Origin: Macrostomum lignano
Lineage: Eukaryota
NCBI GenBank assembly: GCA_002269645.1
Contig: NIVC01004021.1
Coordinates: 1 to 64,000 of the forward strand
Length of the DNA: 64,000 nt
Reading direction: 5' to 3'
The notes under the pieces: model-generated
The model's input: the letters and a program-made list of their open reading frames with translations, nothing else
Told to the model about the DNA's origin: nothing
Databases searched by the model: none
Shown: piece after piece, positions 12,201 to 22,954 of the stretch
How the letters are laid out: the number at the start of each line of letters is the position of its first letter
Numbering within the stretch: the first letter of the stretch is position 1
Position numbers and translations under genes: made by a program

Positions 12201-15200
12201 TGCTGACTCCCCGGGCAACCAGTGCGATCATCCCTGCTGACTCCCCAGCATTAAATGTGATCAGCTCTACATCCATCCACCCAGTGCGGTCAGCAATTAG
12301 GGTCAGAAAGCTGCCCTCACCTTTCCCGTGACATTCGACAGAGAAAAGTCATCATAGGACGCCACAATCTCGCCGGTTTCAACGATGCCAAAAGTCACAG
12401 CCGACAATGTCGGTATGAAATCGTCGAGCAGCTCCGAGTTCAGTTCTGTCAGCGTCTCGTCGGACTTGTCCAGCTTGCTCCAAAGTCGAATTTGGTCTTG
12501 GGAAATAATCTGCAGGTTGAATTGGCCCAGTGGACGGAAAGACAGTCTTTTGTATAGAAATGGACGATACTACTTACAGCAGAGTAAGCCAGTTTGATTC
12601 CACTGGATTGGTTGACTTGCACCTGCAAAATTTTTAATAGAAGTTTTGTTGACAATAAATGGTAATGCACAGATTCAATAATAGCAGCAATATCTCACAT
12701 GGACACCATTAGAAGCAGATAGCACGCTTGTCGTAACAAAATCGTCCGTGTTTGCTAAGTACGGCTTCAGACTGAAAGATGACCGAGTTTTCTGCGCGTC
12801 TAGCAGCTCCGCCTGGAAATGGTTATTGTATTGCTATTGCTGTTATTATTGATATTATTAATGCTAAAGTACAAGCAGAAGAGAGGGTGGAGGAAGTAGA
12901 GATTGGAGGAAGTAAAGATTGGAGGAAGTAGAGATTGGAGGAAGTAGAGATTGGAGGAAGAGGGGCGGAGGAAGAGGAACGGGGGAATAGGAGAGAGGAG
13001 GAAGAGGGGAGCGGAGGAAGAGGAGCGGAGGAAGAGGAGCGGAGGAAGAGGGGAGCGGAGGAAGAGGGGACAGGAGGAAGAGGGGAGCGGAGGAAGAGGT
13101 GACAGGAAGAAGAGGGGAGCGGAAGAAGAGGGGAGCGGAGGAAGAGGAGTGGAGGAAGAGGGGAGCGGAGGAAGAGGGGAGCGGAGGAAGAGGAGCGGAG
13201 GAAGAGGGGAGCGGAGGAAGAGGGGAGCGGAGGAAGAGGAGTGGAGGAAGAGGGGAGCGGAAGAAGAGGGGAGCGGAGGAAGAGGGGAGCGGAGGAAGAG
13301 GAGCGGAGGAAGAGGGGAGCGGAGGAAGAGGAGCGGAGGAAGAGGGGAGAGGAAGAAGAGGGGAGCGGAAGAAGAGGGGAGCGGAAGAAGAGGGGAGCGG
13401 AGGAAGAGGAGCGGAGGAAGAGGAGCGGAGGAAGAGGGGAGCGGAGGAAGAGGGGACAGGAGGAAGAGGGGAGCGGAGGAAGAGGTGACAGGAGGAAGAG
13501 GGGAGAGGAAGAAGAGGGGAGCGGAAGAAGAGGGGAGCGGAGGAAGAGGGGAGCGGAGGAAGAGGAGTGGAGGAAGAGGGGAGCGGAGGAAGAGGGGAGC
13601 GGAGGAAGAGGAGCGGAGGAAGAGGGGAGCGGAGGAAGAGGGGAGCGGAGGAAGAGGAGTGGAGGAAGAGGGGAGCGGAAGAAGAGGGGAGCGGAGGAAG
13701 AGGGGAGCGGAGGAAGAGGAGCGGAGGAAGAGGGGAGCGGAGGAAGAGGAGCGGAGGAAGAGGGGAGCGGAGGAAGAGGAGCGGAGGAAGAGGGGACAGG
13801 AGGAAGAGGGGAGCGGAGGAAGAGGTGACAGGAGGAAGAGGGGAGAGGAAGAAGAGGGGAGCGGAAGAAGAGGGGAGCGGAGGAAGAGGGGAGCGGAGGA
13901 AGAGGAGCGGAGGAAGAGGGGAGCGGAGGAAGAGGGGAGCGGAGGAAGAGGGGAGCGGAGGAAGAGGAGTGGAGGAAGAGGGGACAGGAGGAAGAGGGGA
14001 GCGGAGGAAGAGGAGCGGAGGAAGAGGGGAGCGGAAGAAGAGGGGACAGGAGGAAGAGGGGAGCGAAGAGTAGGGGCGCAGGTCATGAGCCGAAAAGGCT
14101 TGCCATAAAAGTGACGGTGACAAAGTCGACATATTCGGGCACAGTGACCAGGAGGCTGAGCCCAGTCTGACTGGAAGACTGCACCAGGCGGCCCCTGTAC
14201 AGTTCGAGGCTCTTTGGCTTGCCGCGGTGGCTGAATTCCATCCACAGGCGGATGTCGTCGGTCGAGTTGCCAGTGAAGATGACCTCATTTGGCCGTTTAA
14301 GCAGCAACTGCCGGCGGGAGGGAAAATTCCCCACAGGGGATCATAAATTAGTGCTCATAATTCAGTAATTAGTCGTTCTGAGTTGCAACACAACAAACAT
14401 AAGCTCACGTGCACAGTCACTTTGAAACCGGGCAGGAAGTAGGGCAAGTCCGGGGTCTCCATAACCAGCTTGTACTTTTTGCCGTAGATGGTGAAAGATT
14501 TTTCAACAGCTTTCACGATTTCTGAAGAAAAGTATTTTTTTATTTTAGCATGTAAACTATTCAAGCGTATAGCACCATTAATAGGTACAAGCACTATAGG
14601 TAGATACAGACTGATACAGAAACTACAGACTGATACAGAAACTACAGACTGATACAGAAAATACAGACTGATACAGAAACTACAGACTGATACAGAAACT
14701 ACAGACTGATACAGAAACTACAGCCTGATGCAGAAACTACAGACAGATAAAGACACAACAGACAGAATACACAACAGACAGAAGACACAACAGACAGATT
14801 AAGACACAACAGACAGATTGACACAACAGACAGAAGACACAACAGACAGAAGACACAACAGACAGAAGACACAACAGACAGAAGACACAACAGACAGATT
14901 AAGACACAACAGACAGAAGACACAACAGACAGATAAAGACACAACAGACAGATTAAGACACAACAGGCAGATAAAGGCACAACAGACAGATAAAGACACA
15001 ACAGACAGATTAAGACACAACAGACAGATTGACACAACAGACAGAAGACACAACAGACAGAAGACACAACAGACAGAAGACACAACAGACAGATTAAGAC
15101 ACAACAGACAGAAGACACAACAGACAGATAAAGACACAACAGACAGATTAAGACACAACAGGCAGATAAAGGCACAACAGACAGATAAAGACACAACAGA

Positions 15201-18200
15201 CAGATTAAGACACAACAGACAGAAGACACAACAGATACAAGACACAACAGACAGATTAAGACACAACAGACAGATTGACACAACAGACAGATTAAGACAT
15301 AACAGACAGATTAAGACACAACAGACAGAAGACACAACAGACAGATACAAGACACAACAGACAGATTAAGACACAACAGACAGAAGACACAACAGATACA
15401 AGACACAACAGACAGATTAAGACACAACAGACAGATTGACACAACAGACAGATTAAGACATAACAGGCAGATAAAGGCACAACAGACAGATAAAGACACA
15501 ACAGACAGATTAAGACACAACAGACAGAAGACACAACAGATACAAGACACAACAGACAGATTAAGACACAACAGACAGATTGACACAACAGACAGATTAA
15601 GACATAACAGACAGATTAAGACACAACAGACAGAAGACACAACAGACAGATACAAGACACAACAGACAGATTAAGACACAACAGACAGAAGACACAACAG
15701 ATACAAGACACAACAGACAGATTAAGACACAACAGACAGATTGACACAACAGACAGATTAAGACATAACAGACAGATTAAGACACAACAGACAGAAGACA
15801 CAACAGACAGATACAAGACACAACAGACAGATTAAGACACAACAGACAGAAGACACAACAGATACAAGACACAACAGACAGATTAAGACACAACAGACAG
15901 ATTGACACAACAGACAGATTAAGACATAACAGACAGATTAAGACACAACAGACAGAGAAAAGGACTACAGCAAGATACAGACAGACAGATACGGACACTA
16001 CAGACGCAACATACCGATGATACTGCTAAGGAAGGCAAGAAAATAAAACATGCGTCCGACAGACAGTAAAGACAATAAACGCAATAAAGAGGCCGCTCAC
16101 CGCTAAAGCGCTCCGTGAATCGCACATTCACATTCACCGCAAAGTTGGCCCGCATGTTGAAGGTCAGGCCAGTTCTGTTGGTCCTCTCAGCCAGCTCGGC
16201 CCGCCACTCGGCCATCGGGAAGGTGAACACGGCTCGACCATCGCTGTTTTCGCCAGCCAGACTGGCGCTGAACCTCTTCACCATGTCGTAGTTGTTCTTG
16301 CAGGTTCGGCAGGGGTTCCACGGTCCGATGTCAGCCACTAGCAGGCCCTGCACCGCCTGCTTGTAGGTGTACCGCACCTCCACCGTTACGTTGAAGCTGT
16401 CGTCATCGACGTAAACAAAGTCCGGCGTGTGCACCTCCACGGTGAACTTGGGCAAAGTGTAGCGCTCAACTGAGAAGCTCTTGGACTCGCTCTGGCCCCG
16501 GCTGCCGCTGACTTCGATTCGCCAGGTGCCCAGGTTCGGCGGGTCGGCCAGCTGGAACTGGCCTCGCATCACCGTCTGGGAGACGTTGCCGGCCAGGTCT
16601 GAAGGCACCTCGTGGCGCAGTCGATCGACCAGGTTGCCCTGGGCGTCCTGGACAGAGGGGTGGCGGTGATGCTTAGCGGATCTATACAGATCTGAAAGCA
16701 TCTATAGAGATCTGAAAGCATCTATTGACATCTGAAAGCATCTATAGATATCTGAAAGCATCTATAGAGATCTGAAAGCATCTATTGACATCTGAAAGCA
16801 TCTATAGATATCTGAAAGCATCTGTAGAGATCTGAAAGCATCTATTGACATCTGAAAGCATCTATAGACATCTGAAAGCATCTATAGACATCTGAAAGCA
16901 TCTATTGACATCTGAAAGCATCAATTGACATCTGAAAGCATCAATTGACATCTGAAAGCATCTATAGACATCTGAAAGCATCTATTGACACCTGAAAGCA
17001 TCTATTCTGAAAGCATCTATTGACATCTGAAAGCATCTATAGACATCTGAAAGCATCTATAGACATCTGAAAGCATCTATTGACATCTGAAAGCATCTAT
17101 TGACATCTGAAAGCATTTATACTCGCCTTAATAAGCGCAGTGAAGTTGGCGGCCACAGGTCGAAGCGAGCCGTCCAGACAGAAGACGCGAAACTTGACAG
17201 TCTGCCCAGGCTGGTACAGGGCCTTGTCGGTCTGCACGAAGGTCAGAAAGCTGGGGCCCTGGAGGTTGACGCTGGTCTCATTGCGATAGACGGAACCGGT
17301 TGAGCTGGTCAGTTCCACGCTAAGTTTGTAGCTGCCTGACAAGTCAATCGAGTCCTGAGGGACAAAAACGCGCAAAGTTGTCTCAGATCAGTATAAACGT
17401 GATCCGTATGATTTAATCCCTATACAGATTTAATCCCTATACTGATAGATTTAATTCCCATAGCACTATAAACGTGATAGTTGTGATTCCCCAGAGACAC
17501 AGAAAAATGACTTAGATTATTTTTTGCTATTTTAGTTGGTCTCAGTGACAATGCTTGAGAATAATTGAGAAAGAGATATCGGAAATTTATGAATCCCAAA
17601 AGCTTTATTAAGTTTCGAAAGACCAAGGATATGTACTAACTGTACATTTATATTTTCTCGTGCATACAGTATATTTTATTATCTTTGGGTGGAACTTGGA
17701 ACGAAAGATAGCAAAAATAAACAAAATACTCACGTCATTTTCCAATGGCAGTGACAGGGTTAGCGCATCTAAAAATAGTAATTAGAGGGATTTCCTTTTC
17801 GTAAGCTTGAATTGGGCTTCTTACCCACAGGGCTGCTCACCCACAGAGCTGCTCACCCACAGAGCTGCTCACCCACAGAGCTGCTCACCCACAGAGCTGC
17901 TCACCCACAGAGCTGCTCACCCACAGAGCTGCTCACCCACAGAGCTGCTCACCCACAGAGCTGCTCACCCACAGAGCTGCTCACCCACAGAGCTGCTCAC
18001 CCACAGAGCTGCTCACCCACAGAGCTGCTCACCCACAGAGCTGCTCACCCACAGAGCTGCTCACCCACAGAGCTGCTCACCCACAGAGCTGCTCACCCAC
18101 AGGGTTGCTTACTCACACACCGTCTCATCTACAAGTCCGGATCTTCTGTCAGCAGTTCTATCCAGGAGTAAAAATACTCCCAAATCTTTCACATTGAAAT

Positions 18201-19012
18201 TTCTCTCACCTGTGTCTCCAGTGTTGTGGCCACCGCCGGTGCTGGTCCAGTAATCCTCGGCGCTGAGATTCCGAGCTCCCTCGGCCATTTTCACGGTGGA
18301 AATTTGAGCTCTAGCAGAGACGATGGTCTCGCCAGGCAGAGAGCAGCTGACCGTGTAAGTGGACCCCAGCCGACCGAATTTGGGCGCCAGTACCAGGTAG
18401 TGCCTAGGGCCGTTTGGTGAGCGGTTTTAGATTTTATTTTGCGGGTTCTGCGAGTGCATCCATTCACATTGGGTATTTGAGCCCAAAGAATACTGACGCC
18501 TGGAGGAGGAGAAAAGACGGATGTGGAGGATAGGGAAAAGGAAGGGAGCGGGGAAGGGATAGGGGAAGGAGCGGGGAAGGAGCGGGGAAGGAGCGGGGAA
18601 GGGATCAGGGAAGGGATCAGGGAAGGGATCAGGGAAGGGAGCGGGGAAGGAGCGGGGGAGGAGCGGGGAAGGGATCAGGGAAGGGAGCGGGGAAGGGATC
18701 AGGGAAGGAGCGGGGAAGGAGCGGGGAAGGAGCGGGGAAGGGATCAGGGAAGGGAGCGGGGAAGGGAGCGGGGAAGGAGCGGGGAATGGATGGGGGAAGG
18801 GAGCGAGAAGGGATTGGGGAAGGGAATGGGAAAGGGAGCAAGGAGGGAGAGGGTAGAATATGATTTTCAGCAGATAAAGTAGAAATCAGACTGCAATAAA
18901 TCTCTCGTTCATTCGTCACTCACAAGTTGCCAAACTGGTCAGTTCCGTTGGCTGGTTGAGCAGCAGCGAGGCCAGCTGGTGCCAGCATCAGCAGCAGCAG
19001 TAGCGCAATCAT
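6283..19012 (-). CDS. Thioester-containing protein (TEP/CD109/alpha-2-macroglobulin family), secreted, 18 coding exons, about 1520 aa
   Basis: Exons 5' to 3': 19012-18924 (signal peptide MIALLLLLMLAPAGLAAAQ), 18403-18210 (YLVLAPK), 17768-17734, 17354-17127 (FVQTDKALYQPGQTVKFRV), 16647-16101 (FSVERYTLPKFTV), 14521-14409, 14307-14104, 12812-12699, 12622-12578, 12509-12321 (GEIVAS), 11175-10933, 10849-10807, 10712-10532 (RRR, then RTYFPETMLW), 9896-9486 (LPDTITSW, LPHSLIRGE), 9327-8298 (GCGEQNM, DGSYSAFG, SVWLTAFV), 7608-6922 (VEVTAY, GGFHDTQSTVV), 6741-6636 (YYNP), 6386-6283 (CQACPDCPGC, stop). All intron phases match and the total is 4563 nt, divisible by 3. Two donors are GC. One extra 42-nt microexon may exist in the intron at 7609-8297. 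Confidence 0.92.
9914..10500. repeat. Intronic minisatellite, 25-27 bp unit GAGTTCGAGTTTGAGTA(TA)GGATCACA (TEP intron 13)
   Basis: Tandem periodicity seen directly. Confidence 0.97.
11203..12246. repeat. Intronic minisatellite, 34-bp unit TGCGATCATCCCTGCTGACTCCCCGGCCACCCAG, about 30 near-identical copies (TEP intron 10)
   Basis: Head-to-tail copies with no spacers. Confidence 0.98.
12878..14066. repeat. Purine-rich repeat (GGAGCGGAGGAAGAGG, 15-18 nt variants) filling TEP intron 7
   Basis: About 1.2 kb that is nearly all G/A on the + strand; source of the spurious Arg/Glu/Gly and Pro/Leu/Ser ORFs. Confidence 0.97.
14601..15990. repeat. Composite minisatellite (19-bp TACAGACTGATACAGAAAC, then ACACAACAGACAGA-based 16-20 nt units) in TEP intron 5
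   Basis: Tandem periodicity with blocks that recur. Confidence 0.96.
16683..17117. repeat. 20-bp minisatellite GACATCTGAAAGCATCTAT(A/T) in TEP intron 4
   Basis: About 22 tandem copies starting roughly 10 nt inside the GC donor. Confidence 0.97.
17824..18103. repeat. 16-bp minisatellite CCCACAGAGCTGCTCA in TEP intron 2
   Basis: About 17 near-perfect copies. Confidence 0.97.
18536..18850. repeat. G/A-rich repeat (GGGGAAGGGAGC-like) in TEP intron 1
   Basis: Repeated G3-G4 runs separated by short loops. Confidence 0.92.
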
Positions 19013-19478
19013 CTTGCCGCTGATTTGATATTCTACTATCTGGTGGGTTGTAGTTTCACACTTGTTGACTTTTCTGATGCTAAACCAGTTGTATGTGATT
19101 CGCGAGTTTAACTCAGTGATAAGTCAACCAAAAAGTTGTTGTGTTTATATAGGCAAAACGCTACTCAATTTGTACTCAAAATTAAGCTAAAATTTATACG
19201 TGGCGCAACTAATTAAGCGACCAATTAAAAGGTTGGATTTTTAGACTTGTTTAGATTTGATTATTTATCTCACCAATCAACCTGCTAAGTCTCTCTTTTC
19301 GTTCTGTGGTTAATTTGTTTGACGCCACTGGATATCAACGTGTGCCTACAGTGTATAATTTGCATTACTCATTATTTAAAACCACGTGACTGACTAATTA
19401 CCACGGCACCCCTTGTCTAGCTGTCGGTATTTCATACACTCACGTCATGATTATTTTTTTGGCATTAAAATTGTAGAT

Positions 19479-21245
19479 GAATTGGCGCCCTCTCAGATAA
19501 ATTGGCGCCCTCTCAGATAAATTGGCGCCCTCTCAGATGCATTGGCGCCCTCTCAGATAAATTGGCTCACTCTCAGATGCATTGGCGCCCTCTGAGATAA
19601 ATTGGCTCACTTTCAGATAAATCGGCTCACTCTCAGATAAATCGGCTCACTCTCAGATAAATCGGCTCACTCTCAGATAAATCGGCTCACTCTCAGATAA
19701 ATCGGCTCACTCTCAGATAAATCGGCTCACTCTCAGATAAATCGGCTCACTCTCAGATAAATTGGCTCACTCTCAGATAAATCGGCTCACTTTCAGATAA
19801 ATCGGCTCACTCTCAGATAAACCGGCTCACTCTCAGATAAATCGGCTCACTCTCAGATGCATTGGCGCCCTCTGAGATAAATTGGCTCACTTTCAGATAA
19901 ATCGGCTCACTCTCAGATAAATCGGCTCACTCTCAGATAAATCGGCTCACTCTCAGATAAATCGGCTCACTCTCAGATAAATCGGCTCACTCTCAGATAA
20001 ATTGGCTCACTCTCAGATAAATCGGCTCACTTTCAGATAAATCGGCTCACTCTCAGATAAACCGGCTCACTCTCAGATAAATCGGCTCACTCTCAGATAA
20101 ATCGGCTCACTCTCAGATAAATTGGCTCACTCTCAGATAAATCGGCTCACTTTCAGATAAATTGGCTCACTCTCAGATGCATTGGCGCCCTCTCAGATAA
20201 ATTGGCTCACTCTCAGATAAATTGGCTCACTCTCAGATAAATTGGCTCACTTTCAGATAAATCGGCGCACTCTCAGATAAATCGGCTCACTCTCAGATAA
20301 ACCGGCTCACTCTCAGATAAATCGGCTCACTTTCAGATAAATCGGCTCACTCTCAGATAAACCGGCTCACTCTCAGATAAATCGGCTCACTCTCAGATGC
20401 ATTGGCGCCCTCTCAGATAAATTGGCTCACTCTCAGATAAATCGGCTCACTCTCAGATAAATCGGCTCACTCTCAGATAAATCGGCTCACTCTCAGATAA
20501 ATCGGCTCACTCTCAGATAAATCGGCTCACTCTCAGATAAATCGGCTCACTCTCAGATAAATTGGCTCACTCTCAGATAAATTGGCGCCCTCTCAGAAAA
20601 ATTGGCGCCCTCTCAGAAAAATTGGCGCCCTCTCAGAAAAATTGGCGCCCTCTCAGAAAAATTGGCGCCCTCTCAGATAAATCGGCGCCCTCTCAGATAA
20701 ATCAGCGCCCTCTCAGATAAATCGGCGCCCTCTCAGATAAATCGGCGCCCTCTCAGATAAATTGGCGCCCTCTCAGATAAATCGGCGCCCTCTCAGATAA
20801 ATCAGCGCCCTCTCAGATAAATCAGCGCCCTCTCAGATAAATCGGCGCCCTCTCAGATAAATCAGCGCCCTCTCAGATAAATCGGCGCCCTCTCAGATAA
20901 ATCAGCGCCCTCTCAGATAAATCGGCGCCCTCTCAGATAAATCAGCGCCCTCTCAGATAAATCAGCGCCCTCTCAGATAAATCAGCGCCCTCTCAGATAA
21001 ATTGGCGCCGTCTCAGATAAATCAGCGCCCTCTCAGATAAATCGGCGCCCTCTCAGATAAATCAGCGCCCTCTCAGATAAATCGGCGCCCTCTCAGATAA
21101 ATCAGCGCCCTCTCAGATAAATCAGCGCCCTCTCAGATAAATTGGCGCCCTCTCAGATAAATTGGCGCCCTCTCAGATAAATTGGCGCCGTCTCAGATAA
21201 ATCAGCGCCCTCTCAGATAAATCAGCGCACTCTCAGATGAATCGA
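19479..21245. repeat. 20-bp minisatellite (CTCAGATAAAT[C/T]GGCTCACT / ...GGCGCCCT), about 88 copies, upstream of the TEP start
   Basis: Exact 20-nt register over about 1.76 kb, with two variant domains. Confidence 0.98.
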
Positions 21246-21657
21246 CGCCTCCCCAATGGAAGACCCTGGCTACGCCCCAGATACACGACGAATGACGGCA
21301 CTTCTGGTTGTTTCACCCATTACTGAATAATTAATGACATTGCTTAGCTTTTGCGCTGCGTGACAGCGGGAGTAAAAGGGGAGGGACATGTTGCTCCTAC
21401 TTGTTGTTGAAGTTTGTCCCGAAACCAGTGGTCAATTTTTCTCAAATCTCGGCTCCAGTGATGCAATTCACACCTGTGGGATGATGCAATTTGCCTCACA
21501 AGGCTTAGGCTGGTGAGGAGAGAGCGGAGCTATGCCTCGGTGGAAGCTTCAAAAGTTCTCCCTCCCTCTATCACTACTTGAAGGGTTTCTGACTACTGGC
21601 TTGCCACAATATGACTGCCAGACTATATCTACTGCAAGTGACTTTTGACTCCCGACG

Positions 21658-21740
21658 ATTTAGGTTAGGCTTAGGTTTAGGGTTTAAGGTTAGTGGTTAG
21701 GGTAAGGTTAGGGTTTAGGATTGGAGTTATTGTTAGGGTC
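21658..21740 (+). repeat. Degenerate interstitial telomere-like TTAGG(G) tract; a second short tract lies at about 56956-56979
   Basis: TTAGG, TTAGGG and TTTAGGG units. Confidence 0.7.
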
Positions 21741-22954
21741 TGTAGTCAATTTTCAGTGGTTGAATTGTTGGCAGACCGTCAAAAGACGCTGACATTCGAA
21801 CAACGATGTTTTCAAGGAAATGTTCACGTCTTCTAAGGTTAACAGTGTAATGAGTCAGAAAGATACCTTAAAGAAGTCCTTTAGGAATATTTTTTGATTT
21901 GACAATGTACTTCTCATCGATTCGACACTCCAAATTGTCTGTCCAGCCTTCGCACCTCAGTGTTTACACCTTTTTTCAGGCTAATGTCCTTCCAGTTAAG
22001 AAGCCCTTAGTTAGCCCTGAATGGCCTACCTAATTAAGGCTTACGGATAAAACCGAAGGTCCTATGAGTACATCGTACAGTTGATTCTTAAATAAGTTCT
22101 TGAAGGCAGTTTACTGAGAGAAAATATCCATATAGCATCCAAAGCATTCATTTATTGCACTATTTTGTCAATGCAATGCATAGAAGTGCATTGATGCTTG
22201 AAATAAATGAGCTGCACAACGCTTGACAACACATTCTAATAAATAAAGGATCAATAATTTTCTATTCAATAGTGGAATGCTTCAATTTACCGTGTGGCAT
22301 ATATTTTTGGCAAGTGTATCCCGGAAAAGCCAGTTCAATGTCCAAGCGTTTCAGGGACCTTTGCTTGGTGGAGGCAGTGCTTTTAACAATAAGAGACAAA
22401 AATTACTTCATTAACAACTCGAATTAAATCCCAACCAACAAAACGCAGTTTAAAGGGCTGGTAAAGCTGAGGTTACCTTGTACAGAATGGTATTAGTGAT
22501 TTAACTGACTGAATGTTGTCACCTGCTGCTACAACCTTTTAAAATATGATGTTTAATGATTCATAATCATTGAAAGCCTAAAAAGTTGTCAAATCTCGTG
22601 CATGCATAAATTGTCACTTTTGGCGTAATTTAAAAGTTACGCAAAACAACAACACCTAGCTATGGAAAGCAACGCTACATAATCTAAATCGGTAAGTAAG
22701 CCGTAGAAAACTTATATTTGAATGCTGTCTTACCTTTTGAATGCAATAATCTTGAAGCCTAACAGCCACAGGTGCTTATTTTAAGTTACAACTGTTGCCA
22801 AACTACTTTATGACCCTTGGAGCTTCTAATTTGCCCGACTTGGCACCAGCTGAATTCAATTTAGCAGACGAATGCGACAATCTTTCATTTTTTAACACCA
22901 ACGAGAAGTGTACAGTTTTGCAAACGGGACGGATGCGCCAGCGTTCTTGTGGTG

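Noticed and set aside
11203-12246. CRISPR-like appearance of the 34-bp array (also the 28-bp and 48-bp arrays)
   Set aside because: Units are head-to-tail with no unique spacers, there are no cas genes, and the context is eukaryotic and mostly intronic.
12800-14288. 385-481 aa ORFs (Arg/Glu/Gly-rich and Pro/Leu/Ser-rich)
   Set aside because: They are translations of the stop-free purine repeat inside TEP intron 7. The same holds for repeat ORFs at 5015-5921, 14699-15998, 17807-18253, 37317-37989, 50006-50815, 58288-58666 and 60183-60831.
21260-21285. CCCTGGCTACGCCCC resembling a MITE/hAT terminus at the edge of the 20-bp array
   Set aside because: No matching opposite terminus or TSD found, so I cannot claim the array sits within a transposon.
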